A model generated the notes under the pieces. The model saw only the letters and a program-made list of their open reading frames with translations. It was not told where the DNA came from and made no database searches. The position numbers were made by a program, and so were the translations under genes. 64,000 nt of DNA from Octopus sinensis (taxonomy: Eukaryota), in assembly GCF_006345805.1 (NCBI RefSeq), contig NC_042999.1:88474001-88538000 (forward strand). The letters run 5' to 3'. Below are positions 25,667-37,826 of the stretch, piece by piece; the first letter of the stretch is position 1; the number at the start of each line of letters is the position of its first letter.

Positions 25667-26147
25667 TGGTCACTGTTATCTCCCCTTCTATTGGTCTCGT
25701 CAGGCCTTTCATTCCTTAAAGCCAGGAACTTTTTAGCCCTGCCTAGTACACTCTCATACAGCTAACTTTGAAAAAGTTGCAAGCTACAGAAGCTCCAGGT
25801 TTCTGACTGCTAAAACCCTAAATAAGTATTTCAAGAAGTAACATATAAGAGAAGTTGTAAAATAAAGAATGAATTTAGCACAATTTTGATACTGTGCCAA
25901 ATTCTAAAATTGCAATTCTCAGTACCTCCCAGCTTCTAACCACACATTGTGTGTAAATAATTCCAAATAAAGAGTTTCTCAAAATGTGTGTTTGACTATG
26001 TTGGAGTGGCACTAGATCAGACTCACATTAGATCATGCCTCTTTAGAGAGGTAATAGAACAATAAATGCAAAGAAGATAATAATGACAAAGGATAAAAAT
26101 AACAGCAAGAACCACCACCACTACCAACAACAACAACAACAACAACA

Positions 26148-26182
<35 letters not shown>

Positions 26183-26204
26183 GATTATTATTATTATTAT
26201 ATGC

Positions 26205-27124
26205 TTGAGTTTTGCATTGTATTTGTACAAGTTGACTCCAAGTCTCACCCAGAGACCTCAAGAGACACGTTAGAAGTTCATGTTTGTGTTATGCCTAGGG
26301 TGTCATATATTTGATTTTGCACATAGCATTGTTCTAGAGAATGTTTAAGAAAACATGAGAAAATTATGAGTTTGCTTTAACATTTGGGATTACATAGACA
26401 GTATTTTATGTATGATATGGGCAATTCCCATGAGCACTATCTTTTGAACTTCAGCTATTTTGGGGTTTCCTGGTATCTGAGCTAGATAGAAATCAGCCCC
26501 TTTTGCTATAATTCCTAGGGCACCTATGACAAGTATTGTTTTAGTCTTCCGGCGCCACATTTTGCTAATTTCTGTTTCAAGATCTTTATACTTGCTCAAA
26601 TTTTGGTAGGTCTTGACAGATACATTTATGTCAACTGGGACCGTCATATCAATGAGGAGGCATGATTTTTATCTGAAGTCTTTCAATATAATGTTTGGAC
26701 TATTCGCAGCTATCTTTCTGTCAGTTTGAATGGTGAAATTCCAGAGGAGTGAGATGTGATCATTTTCAAGCACTTGAGGTGGTTTGTGTTCTCAGCAGTT
26801 TTTATCATGGGGCAGGTCCAGGTTTTTGCAAATTATCCTGTGAATATATTGTGCTGCTCTGTCATGCCTGTTGAGATACTCTGTAAGTGCAAGAAGACTG
26901 CACATGGAGATAACACGATCAATGGTTTCATTTTGTTGTTGACATGCATGACATGTTGAGCTACTGCTGTTCTTTAATATGTTGGCCTGATAGTTCCTTG
27001 TAGATAGGCATTGACCTTGGGCTGCTATGATAAACCCTTCTGTTTCTGATTTTAAGCCAGAAGACACTAACCATTGATGGGTAAGAGCTTTGTCAACATC
27101 GGCACTATTAGCTCTCTTTCTCAT
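26205..27124 (-). mobile_element. R4/Dong-clade (RLE) non-LTR retrotransposon 3' fragment, decayed; 3' end in (TAA)n
   Basis: ETEGFIIAAQ, CxxC..ETI..C..RHD zinc knuckle, SKYKDLETEISKMW, VIGALG, QKIVLMG. Confidence 0.9.
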
Positions 27125-28285
27125 TTTAACTCATCGTAGTTGTTTATTTTTTCCTCTGCTTTCACATTGATCCTGTTGTTAGTGAAGCATGCTATGTCAA
27201 TAATCATACATGTTCTTTCTTTTTTATTCACCACAACAGTGTCTGTTTCCTATGTCTGGTCAGGTGATTACACTGGATCATTACATCCCACAGGATTTTG
27301 CAATTCTCATTTTCGGTGACTCCTTCTGGGGTTTGCTCATACCATGTCTTTGCTCTTTGTAGGCCGTGATTTCCACAGAGCTTCCAATGGATGATCCTTG
27401 CCAGATTGTCATGGCATTGTTTGTATTTGCCTTGTGCCATACTGCTTCACCCCTCTCACCACACATTCTGCATTAGTCACCATCAGTAGTGTTGTCAATT
27501 CTGCACTTCATATAATTGGTCCTTAATGCTTGTTCCTGAGCTGCGTATATAAGTGCTTCTGTCTCTATCTTCAGGTCACCCCTTCTCATCCATAGCCACT
27601 GGTCCTCTGTATCTGTCTTGGCACTCACATCTCTTGCAAACTGACTGTGCAGTTTTTTTTTCCTTCTATGCTTTTTGGCTTTTTAATTTTTTTTTTTGTT
27701 CATTTCTTGTTTAAATTTTTCTTTAGTTACACAATTTTCAGTTTTGATGACGCCAGCCTTCTTCATGTGTTTTAACAGTGGCTCCACAGAATTTTTTATA
27801 TATCACCCTAGGCTGTTTTCCTCTGCTTCAATACAGTCCTGGCAAGAAATCAAACCTCTCCCACTCTTTCTTCTGGACAAGTGCAGCTTATTGGTGTCAC
27901 TCTTAGGGTGGAAGTCTCCATGTACTGTCAACATTTTTCTGCTCTTGGTATCCATTTTCTTCATTTCTCTCATTTGCCATTTTATAATTCCCACTCCATA
28001 TTGAAGTGCTGTTACATCCACGTATTAACTGCTTGGATTTTTATTCCATCCGGGCAATCTTAAGTGCAGCACCAACCTCAGTCTTCAGAAATACTCCATC
28101 CTCAGTTGCTCTTTCATTTCATTTTCCATTATCTCATTGCACTCTAGTACACCAAGGTATTTGTTTCCTTCCATTTCAATTTGATTAATCAAATCTCTGT
28201 TTGGTAATTCTATCCCTGCTAGGGACTGTACCTTGCCTCTTTGTAGGTAGATTACTCCACACATTTTGAGTCCAAATTCCATTCT
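27125..28285 (-). mobile_element. Second R4/Dong-clade fragment (RT end, thumb, zinc knuckle, partial RLE)
   Basis: MEFGLKMC, KYLGVLE, YGVGIIKW, HPKSD, GRGL, HDNLARIIHWKLC, ILWDVMIQ. Confidence 0.88.
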
Positions 28286-28949
28286 AATAATAATAATGAT
28301 AATAATAATAATAATAATTATTATTATTATTATTATTATTATTTCAAATTTTGGCACAAGGCCAACAATTCGATGGTGGTGTTCTAGATTACATCAACCC
28401 CAGTGTTCAACTAGTACTTATTTTATAACTCTGAAAGAATGAAAGGTAAAGTTGACTCTAGCAGAATTTGAACTCAGTATGCCTACACATTTTGCCTAGT
28501 GTGCTAATGACTCTGCCAGCATTTAACAACAACCACGACAATAATAATGATAATGACAAAAAGAAAAACAAGAAAAAGAATGAAGTGAGAAAATTTTCAA
28601 GGACACATTATGTTTCTTTAGTATTTGTTTTATGCATTGTTCCTTTAACATTGTTATTGAAGAACGTAACATCTACTTTATTGAGTCAAAAAGTCTTTGG
28701 ATTTTCACTAATGGTTTTTGGCAATTTGTATCGCTATGTTATATCATTAATTTGATAAAACTTGTCCAATAATTGCTGCATTGTTTATTTTTTATCTTCA
28801 AATATAACATCTAAACATTGTTATTGTTTGTATAGCTATTTCTGGGTGTAGTTAGTTTACCAGAAATTTATTGAAGATATTTATCCAGGAATTGTTAGAA
28901 TGATATGAGATCTTTTTCTTGTCTTATATGTGTCTTGGCATGATGTTAA

Positions 28950-29058
28950 AGAGAGCAAGGCCAGATTAAAGAGAGCAAGATCAGATTAAAGAGCAAGCCA
29001 GGTTAAAGAGAGCAGTGCCAGGTTAAAGAGAGCAGGGTTAGATTAAAGAGAACAGGGC
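28950..29058. repeat. ~20-bp minisatellite (CCAGATTAAAGAGAGCAAG-like, ~5 units)
   Basis: Direct reading. Confidence 0.8.
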
Positions 29059-29244
29059 CATATATATGCTATGTGGATTCTTATCTTGCACATATTTTGA
29101 CAAGTGATTTGATCTGAGATTTTGTGCTGGGATTAAAATAAAGGTATTCTGGTAGAGTCAGAATAACTATCAAAAATACACATACACTATCTTTATTTTT
29201 ACCATATTATTATGTTGTGGTGCATATGTTTGGTATCATTATTG

Positions 29245-29420
29245 TTGTCTATATTAATAAAAGTTAAATTCTGTCTGTCTGGAACCCCTATATCTCAGTC
29301 AACATTTGCCCTACATAGACATATAACTTTTTGAAATCAGTATGATTCCAGGATGGAAAATCTACCCTTCATTCGGTTCTTGAAAATCCAGCATTGGGAT
29401 CTGATTTAAAAGCATTTGGG
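29245..29420 (+). mobile_element. Helitron/HINE-like non-autonomous fragment
   Basis: CTATATTAATAAAAG start followed by (CTGT)n; similar to 45185-45350. Confidence 0.4.
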
Positions 29421-29686
29421 TTGCTACTTCTAGCAGTTAAAGTGACCATCAGAGGTTTCAATGCCATAGTACAAGTGTTACCTCCGTTAGCTTAAAGTTT
29501 TACTAAAGAATTTAGTGATTCTTTTATATTTTCCAGTCATCAAACTGTGACTACACTGGGGAACTGCCTTGATGAATTTTAATCAAACAAAATCAACACC
29601 AGTTATCAAACAGCAGTGGGGGACAAACACAGACACAAAGCCACAGTATATGTATGTGTGTGTGTATGTGTGTGTATGTATATATA

Positions 29687-29732
<46 letters not shown>

Positions 29733-29892
29733 TGAGAAAGTTGGTTTGTGAATGCACGTGGTTGAATATATAGAAAATAGTAAAAAGTGAAAAAACTACA
29801 AAAGGCTTGTTTTAAAAGGTTAAAAAATATATATTTGAGTCAATATGTCTGAAGAATGTTATAAATTTTTTTCTTACAATGACATAGTTTAG

Positions 29893-29932
29893 AAGAAATG
29901 ACCGGTTTCGCGTTCAGCTTTTCAAATTTCTT
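29893..29932 (-). ncRNA. Minimal hammerhead ribozyme, U3-A8 variant, GUC site
   Basis: AAGAAAT-TTGAAAA-GC(TGAAC)GC-GAAAC-CG-GTC-ATTTCTT. Confidence 0.75.
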
Positions 29933-30514
29933 ACATCGTTATGTTTACATTGAGAAGAGTTATCGTTATGTTTATGTTGAGAAGAGTTCCAGATAAGGGG
30001 AGGTAATAAGTGATTTCTTCCGCTGTAAGGGAGATAATTGCTTAAAATTTTTTGCCTTTCCTTTGGAGTGAATTTCTCTGTATAAGTATGTTGGAATGGT
30101 TAAGTCTGGGCTTGTACTTTTCAATGAAGAATGTTTCCTTGTTTAGTCTAATTTGTGTTGCATCGACAACAGATTGCATTCCCAGAATACAGAATGATAC
30201 CCTTTAGTGAGCACATTGAGAAATGCGCAAAGCAACTACTACCACAATTTTTAATCTTTCCATTTTACCAATGTGCTATCAGAACACCAACACAAATTAG
30301 ACTAAACAAGGAAACATTCTTCATTGGAAAGTACAAGCCCAGACTTAACCATTCCAACATACTTATACAGAGAAATTCACTCCAAAGGAAAGGCAAAAAA
30401 ATTAAGCGATTACCTCCCTTACAGCGGAAGAAATCACTTATTACCTCCCCTTATCTGGAACTCTTCTCAACATAAACATAACGATAACTCTTCTCAACGT
30501 AAACATGACGATGT

Positions 30515-30554
30515 AAGAAATTTGAAAAGCCGAACGCGAAACTGGTCATTTCTT
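30515..30554 (+). ncRNA. Minimal hammerhead ribozyme, U3-A8 variant, GUC site, stem III palindrome broken (ACTGGT)
   Basis: AAGAAAT-TTGAAAA-GC(CGAAC)GC-GAAAC-TG-GTC-ATTTCTT. Confidence 0.68.
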
Positions 30555-30671
30555 CTAAACTAAGTCATTGTAAGAAAAAAATTTATAACATTCTTCAGAC
30601 ATATTGACTCAAATATATATTTTTTAACCTTTTAAAACAAGCCCTCTGTAATTTTTTCACTTTTTACTATT

Positions 30672-30710
<39 letters not shown>

Positions 30711-30728
30711 TATATCTATCTATATATA

Positions 30729-31097
30729 CAGGGTGATTCAAAAGTCTCCATACATAGGAAAAATTTATTTTTTTATAAGAGACAGTTTATAAGATCCCCT
30801 AGATCCCCTGATTTGACCCCTCTTGAATTCTATCTTTGGGGGCATTTGAAAGGCATGGTGTATCACTGAAAGATAAAAGACATAAATCATTTGAAGGAAC
30901 CCATCACCAACTCATTTGCAGAAGTATCACCAGATGTGCTATTACGAGTTCACAATGAGTGGGGTAATCTTATTGCAATGTGTATTCAAAACAATTATAA
31001 CCATATACAGCCTGTTAAATAAAAAAACTTTTCTAATAAATTGTTTCTTATAAAAAGATAAATTGTTCCTATATACGGTGACTTTTGAATCACTCAG
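30729..31097 (+). mobile_element. Tc1/mariner internal-deletion derivative with TIRs and TA flanks
   Basis: TIRs CAGGGTGATTCAAAAGTCTCCATACATAGG / CTGAGTGATTCAAAAGTCACCGTATATAGG; internal SPDLTPLEFYLWGHLKGMVY. Confidence 0.88.
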
Positions 31098-31128
<31 letters not shown>

Positions 31129-31144
31129 GTGTGTGTGTGTATAA

Positions 31145-32008
31145 ATACCATCAGAATCAACACACTTTTGTCAACACGTAACAAGTCTATTTATGCCAGT
31201 AGCGTAAAAATCCTGTTTTGGTGAAGATTAAGTCGTTGAAGGCGTGTTTGGCATCGTCTTGGTTTTTGAAGCATTTCTCATGCAGGAAGTTGTGAAGATA
31301 CTTGAAAAAGTGGTAGTCAGTAGGTGAGAAGTTTGGCAAGTGTGGCGGATGAGGCAGAGTTTCATAGCCCAATTCGTTCAACTTCTGCAGGGTCAGTTGT
31401 GCGACATGTGGCCGAGTGTTGTCGTGGAGAAGAATTGGTCCTTTTCTATTGATCAATGCTGGCTGTTGTTGGAGTTTTTTATGCATTTCATCCATTTGCT
31501 GACAGTACTTTCCTGCTGTAATGGTTTCGCCTGGATCCAAAAAGCTGTGATTGATGAGACCTGCCGCAGACCACCAAACAGTTACCATGACCTTCTTTGG
31601 TGCAATATTGGCTTCGGGAAGTGCCATAGAGCTTTGTCGGCATCCAGCCACTGAGCTGAGCATCACCAGTTGTTGTAAAGAATCCATTTTTCATCACATG
31701 TTGCAATCCAGTCAAGAAATGGGTGGTTCTTGTTGCGTAAAAGAATGGAAGATGACACTTCAAAACGGTGCTTCTTTTTTTGGTTGTTCAATTCATGCGG
31801 CATCCATTTCTCAAGTATTTTTGTTTTTCCAATCTCTTTCAAGTGGTTGGAAATTGTTGTATATGTTACATCTAATTCAGAAGCAATCTCTCAAACAGTT
31901 GTGCATAGATTGGCCAAATGCATCATTGATATTGTGAGCTGTTTTAGCAGCTTTTTGGCCTAGCTTGAACTGGAATTATAAAATTGTGAGAATTTGCTTT
32001 TTGTCCAT
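31145..32008 (-). pseudogene. Hsmar1/SETMAR-like mariner transposase, disrupted
   Basis: MDKKQI.. start, WMPHEL, TCDEKW, KKVMVTVWW, LLHDNTRPH, LPHPP..SPTDYHFF; contains stops and frameshifts. Confidence 0.93.
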
Positions 32009-32184
32009 GTTGTATTCAATGTTAAAAAAAAATGTCATTGTCCTGCTCCTGCTCCTCCTCTTCTTCTTCTCATGATTATTATCATCATCATTACTATTGT
32101 TATTTTCATCGTCATCATCAGCATTATTATTATCATCATCATCATCATTATTATTTTATTTTATATTTGACTTTTGCCTTACAT

Positions 32185-32600
32185 TTGTACAAATTGGCTC
32201 CAAGTCTCACCAAGAGACCACAAGAGACAACAATATTATTATTATTATTATTATTATTATTTTCATTATTATTATTATTATTATTATATTATTATTATTA
32301 TTCATATACACTCAACAGATTAGACTGTTGGAAAAGAAAAGAATCCTAACACTAGGCTACAACAAGTTGCTTTAGATGACAAGAACCCTCCTATTGGGCT
32401 ACAGCAAGTAATCTTAGATGTCAAGAACCCTCCAAGTATCCTAGCTGTCCCTAATAACACTGTTTTCTGCAGTTGTACTAAACTGGGTTTTATGTCTATT
32501 TCCACTATCCATCTGTTCAGATCTTCAATGCACCTATTACTACTAGGATACATTTTACCCACACTTTCCATAGGCTCTGTAATTCAATAGCTAGGTCCTG
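32185..32600 (-). mobile_element. Two stacked R4/Dong 3' ends within (TAA)/(TGA) arrays
   Basis: LQKTVLLGTARIL at 32320-32571; 32185-32235 matches the 3' tip at 26220-26270. Confidence 0.75.
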
Positions 32601-32834
32601 GAACTTTGCTATTATTATTATTATTACTAATATTGTTGTTCATGTTGTTGTTGTTGTTGTTGTTGTTTTACAATTCCATTCTAGGATGCCTCATGGAATT
32701 ATTAAAAATTGCCCTAGTATTTGACAGATAGTTTCTTGTATCAGTCCTCCCCAGAAGGATAAAAAGACGAAAATATGAGGTGATAAAATAAAAATACCCT
32801 GGGCATTTTGTCAATCTCTTAAACAACCCTGTTA

Positions 32835-32854
32835 CACACACACACACACACACA

Positions 32855-32940
<86 letters not shown>
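32835..32940. repeat. (CA)n(CT)n microsatellite
   Basis: Direct reading. Confidence 0.95.
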
Positions 32941-32943
<3 letters not shown>

Positions 32944-35900
32944 ACTCTTTTATTCCTGGCAGGTATCTTATTTGACCAAAATACAGTATACATTGCCTTT
33001 CATCATGACATTTTCATTCAATCAGATTTTCTCTCTCATTCTCTCTCTCACTTTCCCAGCCTCTAATATTCCACTACATTATATTACATGTCCCTCTGGC
33101 AAATAACAACTCCTACTATAATAACTATTGTTTAGAGTGTTATTGGGGTTGGTGGGGAACTGTAGTGGTAGCTATAATCCTGTTGAGTCTTTGATCACAT
33201 TCCTGTACATTTTATTTTATTTTCCTTCTTTCCTTTCTTTCTCCTCTTCACTTTTTCTTTCACATCATTTCTTCTTTTATATTCTTTTTTTCCTCTTCAT
33301 ATTGTTCTACTAGAAGTTTTATTTTCATTGTTGAGCAACAGTAACTTTAATCTTCTTGTTGTTTAACTCCAAGTCAGTCTTGATCAAGCGCACCTTTGAT
33401 CAAAGACATTCCAGTTATGACCAGATGGTCTTTTCACAAATACATTGTTCCATAAACATGCCTTTAATCTTGTATTTTTTAAAGATGATAGGATGTGATA
33501 TGAGGACGATTTGGCTGTTATTTCTATCAGGCCATTCTCCTTATAATAAATTTTATTTGCTCCCTTGATGCTGATATCATATTATGCAAATGTTTCCAGA
33601 ATATATATATACGTTGACAGGAATATATAAATAATTATACATAAGCAAATTATGGCATATTCTATATAGAAACAAAGTCTCAAAGAATTGTTAGATGTCA
33701 TCTTCTGTAATCAAGGAACAAAAACAACCATGAAAATAGAAGGAGAAATGTTTTAGCACTGGCTTTAGTTTTCATGATTCCCTTTATTGTATACAACTGG
33801 CTGTATGATTTTGTTGTTGCTTAGTTAGTTTCAGAGCAGCATTGAGGGAGCAAATCTATGATCAAAAGCATTCCAGTTATGACAAGTACATATTTTTGTG
33901 GGTAGAGAAGTGTCTAAGGCTACATTATCTAATTTGCCTTCATATGATCTTTTAAGCTGATTACAGGAAGATATAGCTGCTTTTTCTAGAAGGTCAAATA
34001 ACCATGCAGAGATTACTTTGTTGTGTGTCCTACTATATAATCAATAGAAGGGAAACTCAAGATATAGTCCTTGTTGACCAGTAGAAACAAGATATAGAAA
34101 TATAACAAAATATTCGATATAACTATAACTGTTATTATTTACTTTACAAAGCTTTTAGGTTTTAAGCAGAAAGCATAACAAGGAAACTTAAAATCTATAG
34201 AAACTCTAACCCACCTCCAGCTGTAATTAGAAATTTAGTCATAAGAATCAGCAGATGACTCTTTAATCTATCAGGAGAGAGAGACACAGAGAGATATTCA
34301 GCAGAGTCACATCTCATTATAATAAGGTATTATTAAGAAGTGACTTTACTGGTAAGTTAATGTATATAGAACATCCTCCAGCTTATCTTAAACCCAAAAT
34401 GAGTTTCAGAGAGAAAAGTAATCTGGTTCAATCTACCATGCACTCTGGTTTATCCTTGTCATCATTTAACAGCCATTGTCCATTGCTGGCATGGGTTGGA
34501 CAGTTTGGGCAGAGCTTGTAAGCTGGTGAGCTTCCACAAACTCCAATCTGATTTAGCATGGTTTCTACAGTGGATGCCCTTCTCAATGCCAACCACTTTA
34601 CAGAGTGTGCTGAGTACTTTTACATGGAATTGCATAAGCATTTTTACATGGCGCCACACAGGCAATTTTATGTGACACCACACAGGCACTTTTACATGAT
34701 GCCATATGGGTGATTTTATGTGACACTGCATGGCTGCTTTTGCATAACACCATACAGGTGCGTTTACATAGCCCAGGACTTTTTCAAAACTCTTGAAGGT
34801 TAATCCTCACCACCAGGGGCACTGGTCTTAACACTTCTACTGTGGAGCACTTGTCTTCATGAGTACAGCAAGGCACCAGGCATCTTGGTTCTTTGTCATG
34901 GATGTGTTCACTTATATAGTAACAGTCTATACTAATACAATATAATGGCATCACTAGACGCTACACAGACATAACAGCCAACATTTACATACATACACTC
35001 TTTCAGGTGTAAGGAGAGGTAAAATCCAGCACCCTATCCACTTCATCTGGAAATTCTGAGATCAAGGAAATAACCTCTCCAACATTACATGGAGCATCCT
35101 AAATACAGCCCACTTCCTGCATCACTCCCTTGCAGATGGGGAACTATACAATGAATTACAGTGCATCCCATGGTGAAGAAGCATCTCTTCAGGTTCTGCA
35201 ACACAGTTTCTCATTACATAAGTAATGTTTTGCTCTTAATCTAGAGCATGTTGATAGCAGTCATATCTAACATACATTGAGAAGGAATGGCAAAGAACTG
35301 ATCAAGTTGCTAAACTGTGGATACAAACAGGAAGTAATTAAGAAAAAATACAATGCAAAGAATAAGGAAAAATAAAGCATACAATAAATTTTAAAATAAT
35401 AAAGCACATTATTAAGTGTGTTAGAATCTGTCCCACTCTTCTGTAGACTAGCTGCTGGTAATAAATCCTTTGAAAGTTAACCATCCTGGCCAAGCATGAC
35501 GCCATGGGCTAGACATCATTCTTGATGGTGGTAAGGTCATAACACTTAATGACTATTTAGTACACATCCATGTCCCAACATAAGCCTATATACACATGTA
35601 TGTACACACACACACACCTATTTATATACACATGTGCTCCATTTTACATACATACACAGACTTATCAATACATATATATACATCAATAGGCATATAGATG
35701 CATATACGTCCACATATAGATACGTACAGTCATATACATGCACACACATATACAGGCACACATACATATATGCACATACGTGAGGGCATATACACACATA
35801 TGTCTGCTCATGCATCAATTGCTGTGTGAGTTCACACAAATACTAGCACTACCACAAACACTTGCATACATATCTGTACATATTACATACATATTTGTAC

Positions 35901-36410
35901 ATACACACATATACCCATAGTCGTCTGCTCCCACTGGATGTGACTGTATACTTTCAGCCTTGTGTGTATGTATATACATACATGTGTTTGTGTTATGAGA
36001 TGTTTCTGCACCGTAAGATGTACCATAATTCATTGTATAGTTTCCCACCTATGAGGGAGTGATGCAGGAAGTGTCGAAATGATTGTTGGGATAAATAAAG
36101 TTTCCAGTATACTCTATCTTCCATCTTCATTGTTTCTACTATACTCAACATGCTCTGAGGAATTCCTAACGTAGATCCAGTGACAATTGTGCAATTACTG
36201 CGGGTGACACCAGGTGGCTATAGGTAGTAAATGTGCTTTAATGGCATACTACTAGAGACATACACAACATGTACATTTTAAACATTAAATTTAAATTTAA
36301 ACTTTAATTTTAACCTATATACACACACACACATACACACACACACACATATACATATATGTAGAAGGTTGAAAAGGAACACACAAGTTGATATGTATAA
36401 GGAAAATAAG

Positions 36411-36847
36411 ACAAGGTAGAAGAAATGCTAAAATAATTTTATCACGAAGAACATTTTAGTATTGGTCTTTGTGACTTTTTCAACTTTGAGTAAAGCATGA
36501 AAAATAATTAATTTGTAGAAAAATGAAATGAAATGTTTTTTTTTAATATTTCTATAGTTTTCAAATACAAGGGACATTTTCCTTTTTTTTGTCTGTCTCT
36601 CATAAGGAGAACTGCTACTACCTACTACCAAGCCTTCACAAGAGTAAAAGAGAGACAAACAGACAGAAAGAAGGAAATGTCCCTTGTATTTGAAAACTAT
36701 GGAAATATTTTCTAAAACATTTCATTTAATTTTTCCACAATTTAATTGTTTTTCATGCTTTACTCTAAGTTGAAAAAGTCGCAAAGACTGAAACCAGTAC
36801 TAAAATGTTCTTCATGATAAAGTCATTTTAGCATTTTCTACCTTGTC
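36411..36847. mobile_element. Fold-back element: ~190-bp inverted arms (36411-36601 / 36651-36847), Penelope-pLTR-like
   Basis: Arms are roughly 85% reverse-complementary, flanked by (CA)/(TA) repeats, and contain an HHR core. Confidence 0.8.
36764..36805 (+). ncRNA. Hammerhead-like motif, U3-A8 variant, second family; stem I eroded
   Basis: TTGAAAA-AGTC(GCAAA)GACT-GAAAC-CA-GTA at 36770-36799. Confidence 0.5.
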
Positions 36848-36879
36848 ACACACACACATATATATATATATAATATACA

Positions 36880-37140
36880 TAAACATACACAAAATTGGTG
36901 TGTGTTTGTTTGTGGCATTGTTAGCTAACTCCTCCTACATCGTTTTTTTGATTTTGATGAAACTTGACATGTGAGTAGAACTCATGTCTGGAAACCGTGT
37001 GACATACTTAGAATATTGAAAAAAAATCGATAATAAGGCCCTTCCAATGGATCCTTCTATCTACTACATATTACTAATATTTTATTTAAACAACCCAAGG
37101 GTAATAACCCATACCACCTGCAGATTTAGCGAAGCAATCA
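36880..37140 (+). mobile_element. Helitron/HINE (DINE-1-like) non-autonomous fragment
   Basis: GTTTGTTTGT.., GATTTTGATGAAACTT motif, terminal ..GCGAAGC.. Confidence 0.45.
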
Positions 37141-37754
37141 ATATTTGATTCTCACGATCAGCCACCTAATTCTGCATTTCACTACTCACAGTTTTGAACT
37201 GCTAAACATTATTATTGCACTTCCTTAATTTGAATCTTAAACCTCAGACTTCATTCATACATTTCTATACATACATACTTTTTTGAATGCCCATTACTCT
37301 GATAATTCTGCATTTTCACAGTTACACATTTTTCATGACAGTAGATAAATTTTTTTATTCCACAATGTATTTGTAGTGGCTTCATGCAGGCATAGTGTGG
37401 ATTCAATCCTCAATTGCCAAATTTCACTTAACACTTCAACAGTGCTTTTCTAATGATAAAACAATAGTTTTTTTGCGAATGATAGCAGTTATACATTTCC
37501 CAGATACCCTTACTAACCTACAACAACCTCTCTTACCAACCTCTGATAATCTTTCTCACCAACCACCGAAAACCTCTCTTGCCAACCGTGATGGAAAATA
37601 CACCTTTTGTGGCAGTTATAACGAAATTGATTTCTTATATCAGAGTAATAAAATGTTTCAATAGAACATCTTTACCCCTGGGAATTATCAGGTACACCAG
37701 CTAGTATATACATAAATACATATATACACACACACACATGTATGTAAACATAAA

Positions 37755-37825
<71 letters not shown>

Positions 37826-37826
<1 letters not shown>

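Larger units (their letters stand above)
29730..30680. mobile_element. Penelope-like copy B: head-to-head 3' ends (minus arm 29730-30160; plus arm 30161-30680), both ending in (TA)n
   Basis: ORF 30155..30475 is the GIY-YIG C-terminus. Inverted arms ~29765-30160 / 30288-30680 differ by few substitutions and one indel. Confidence 0.93.
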
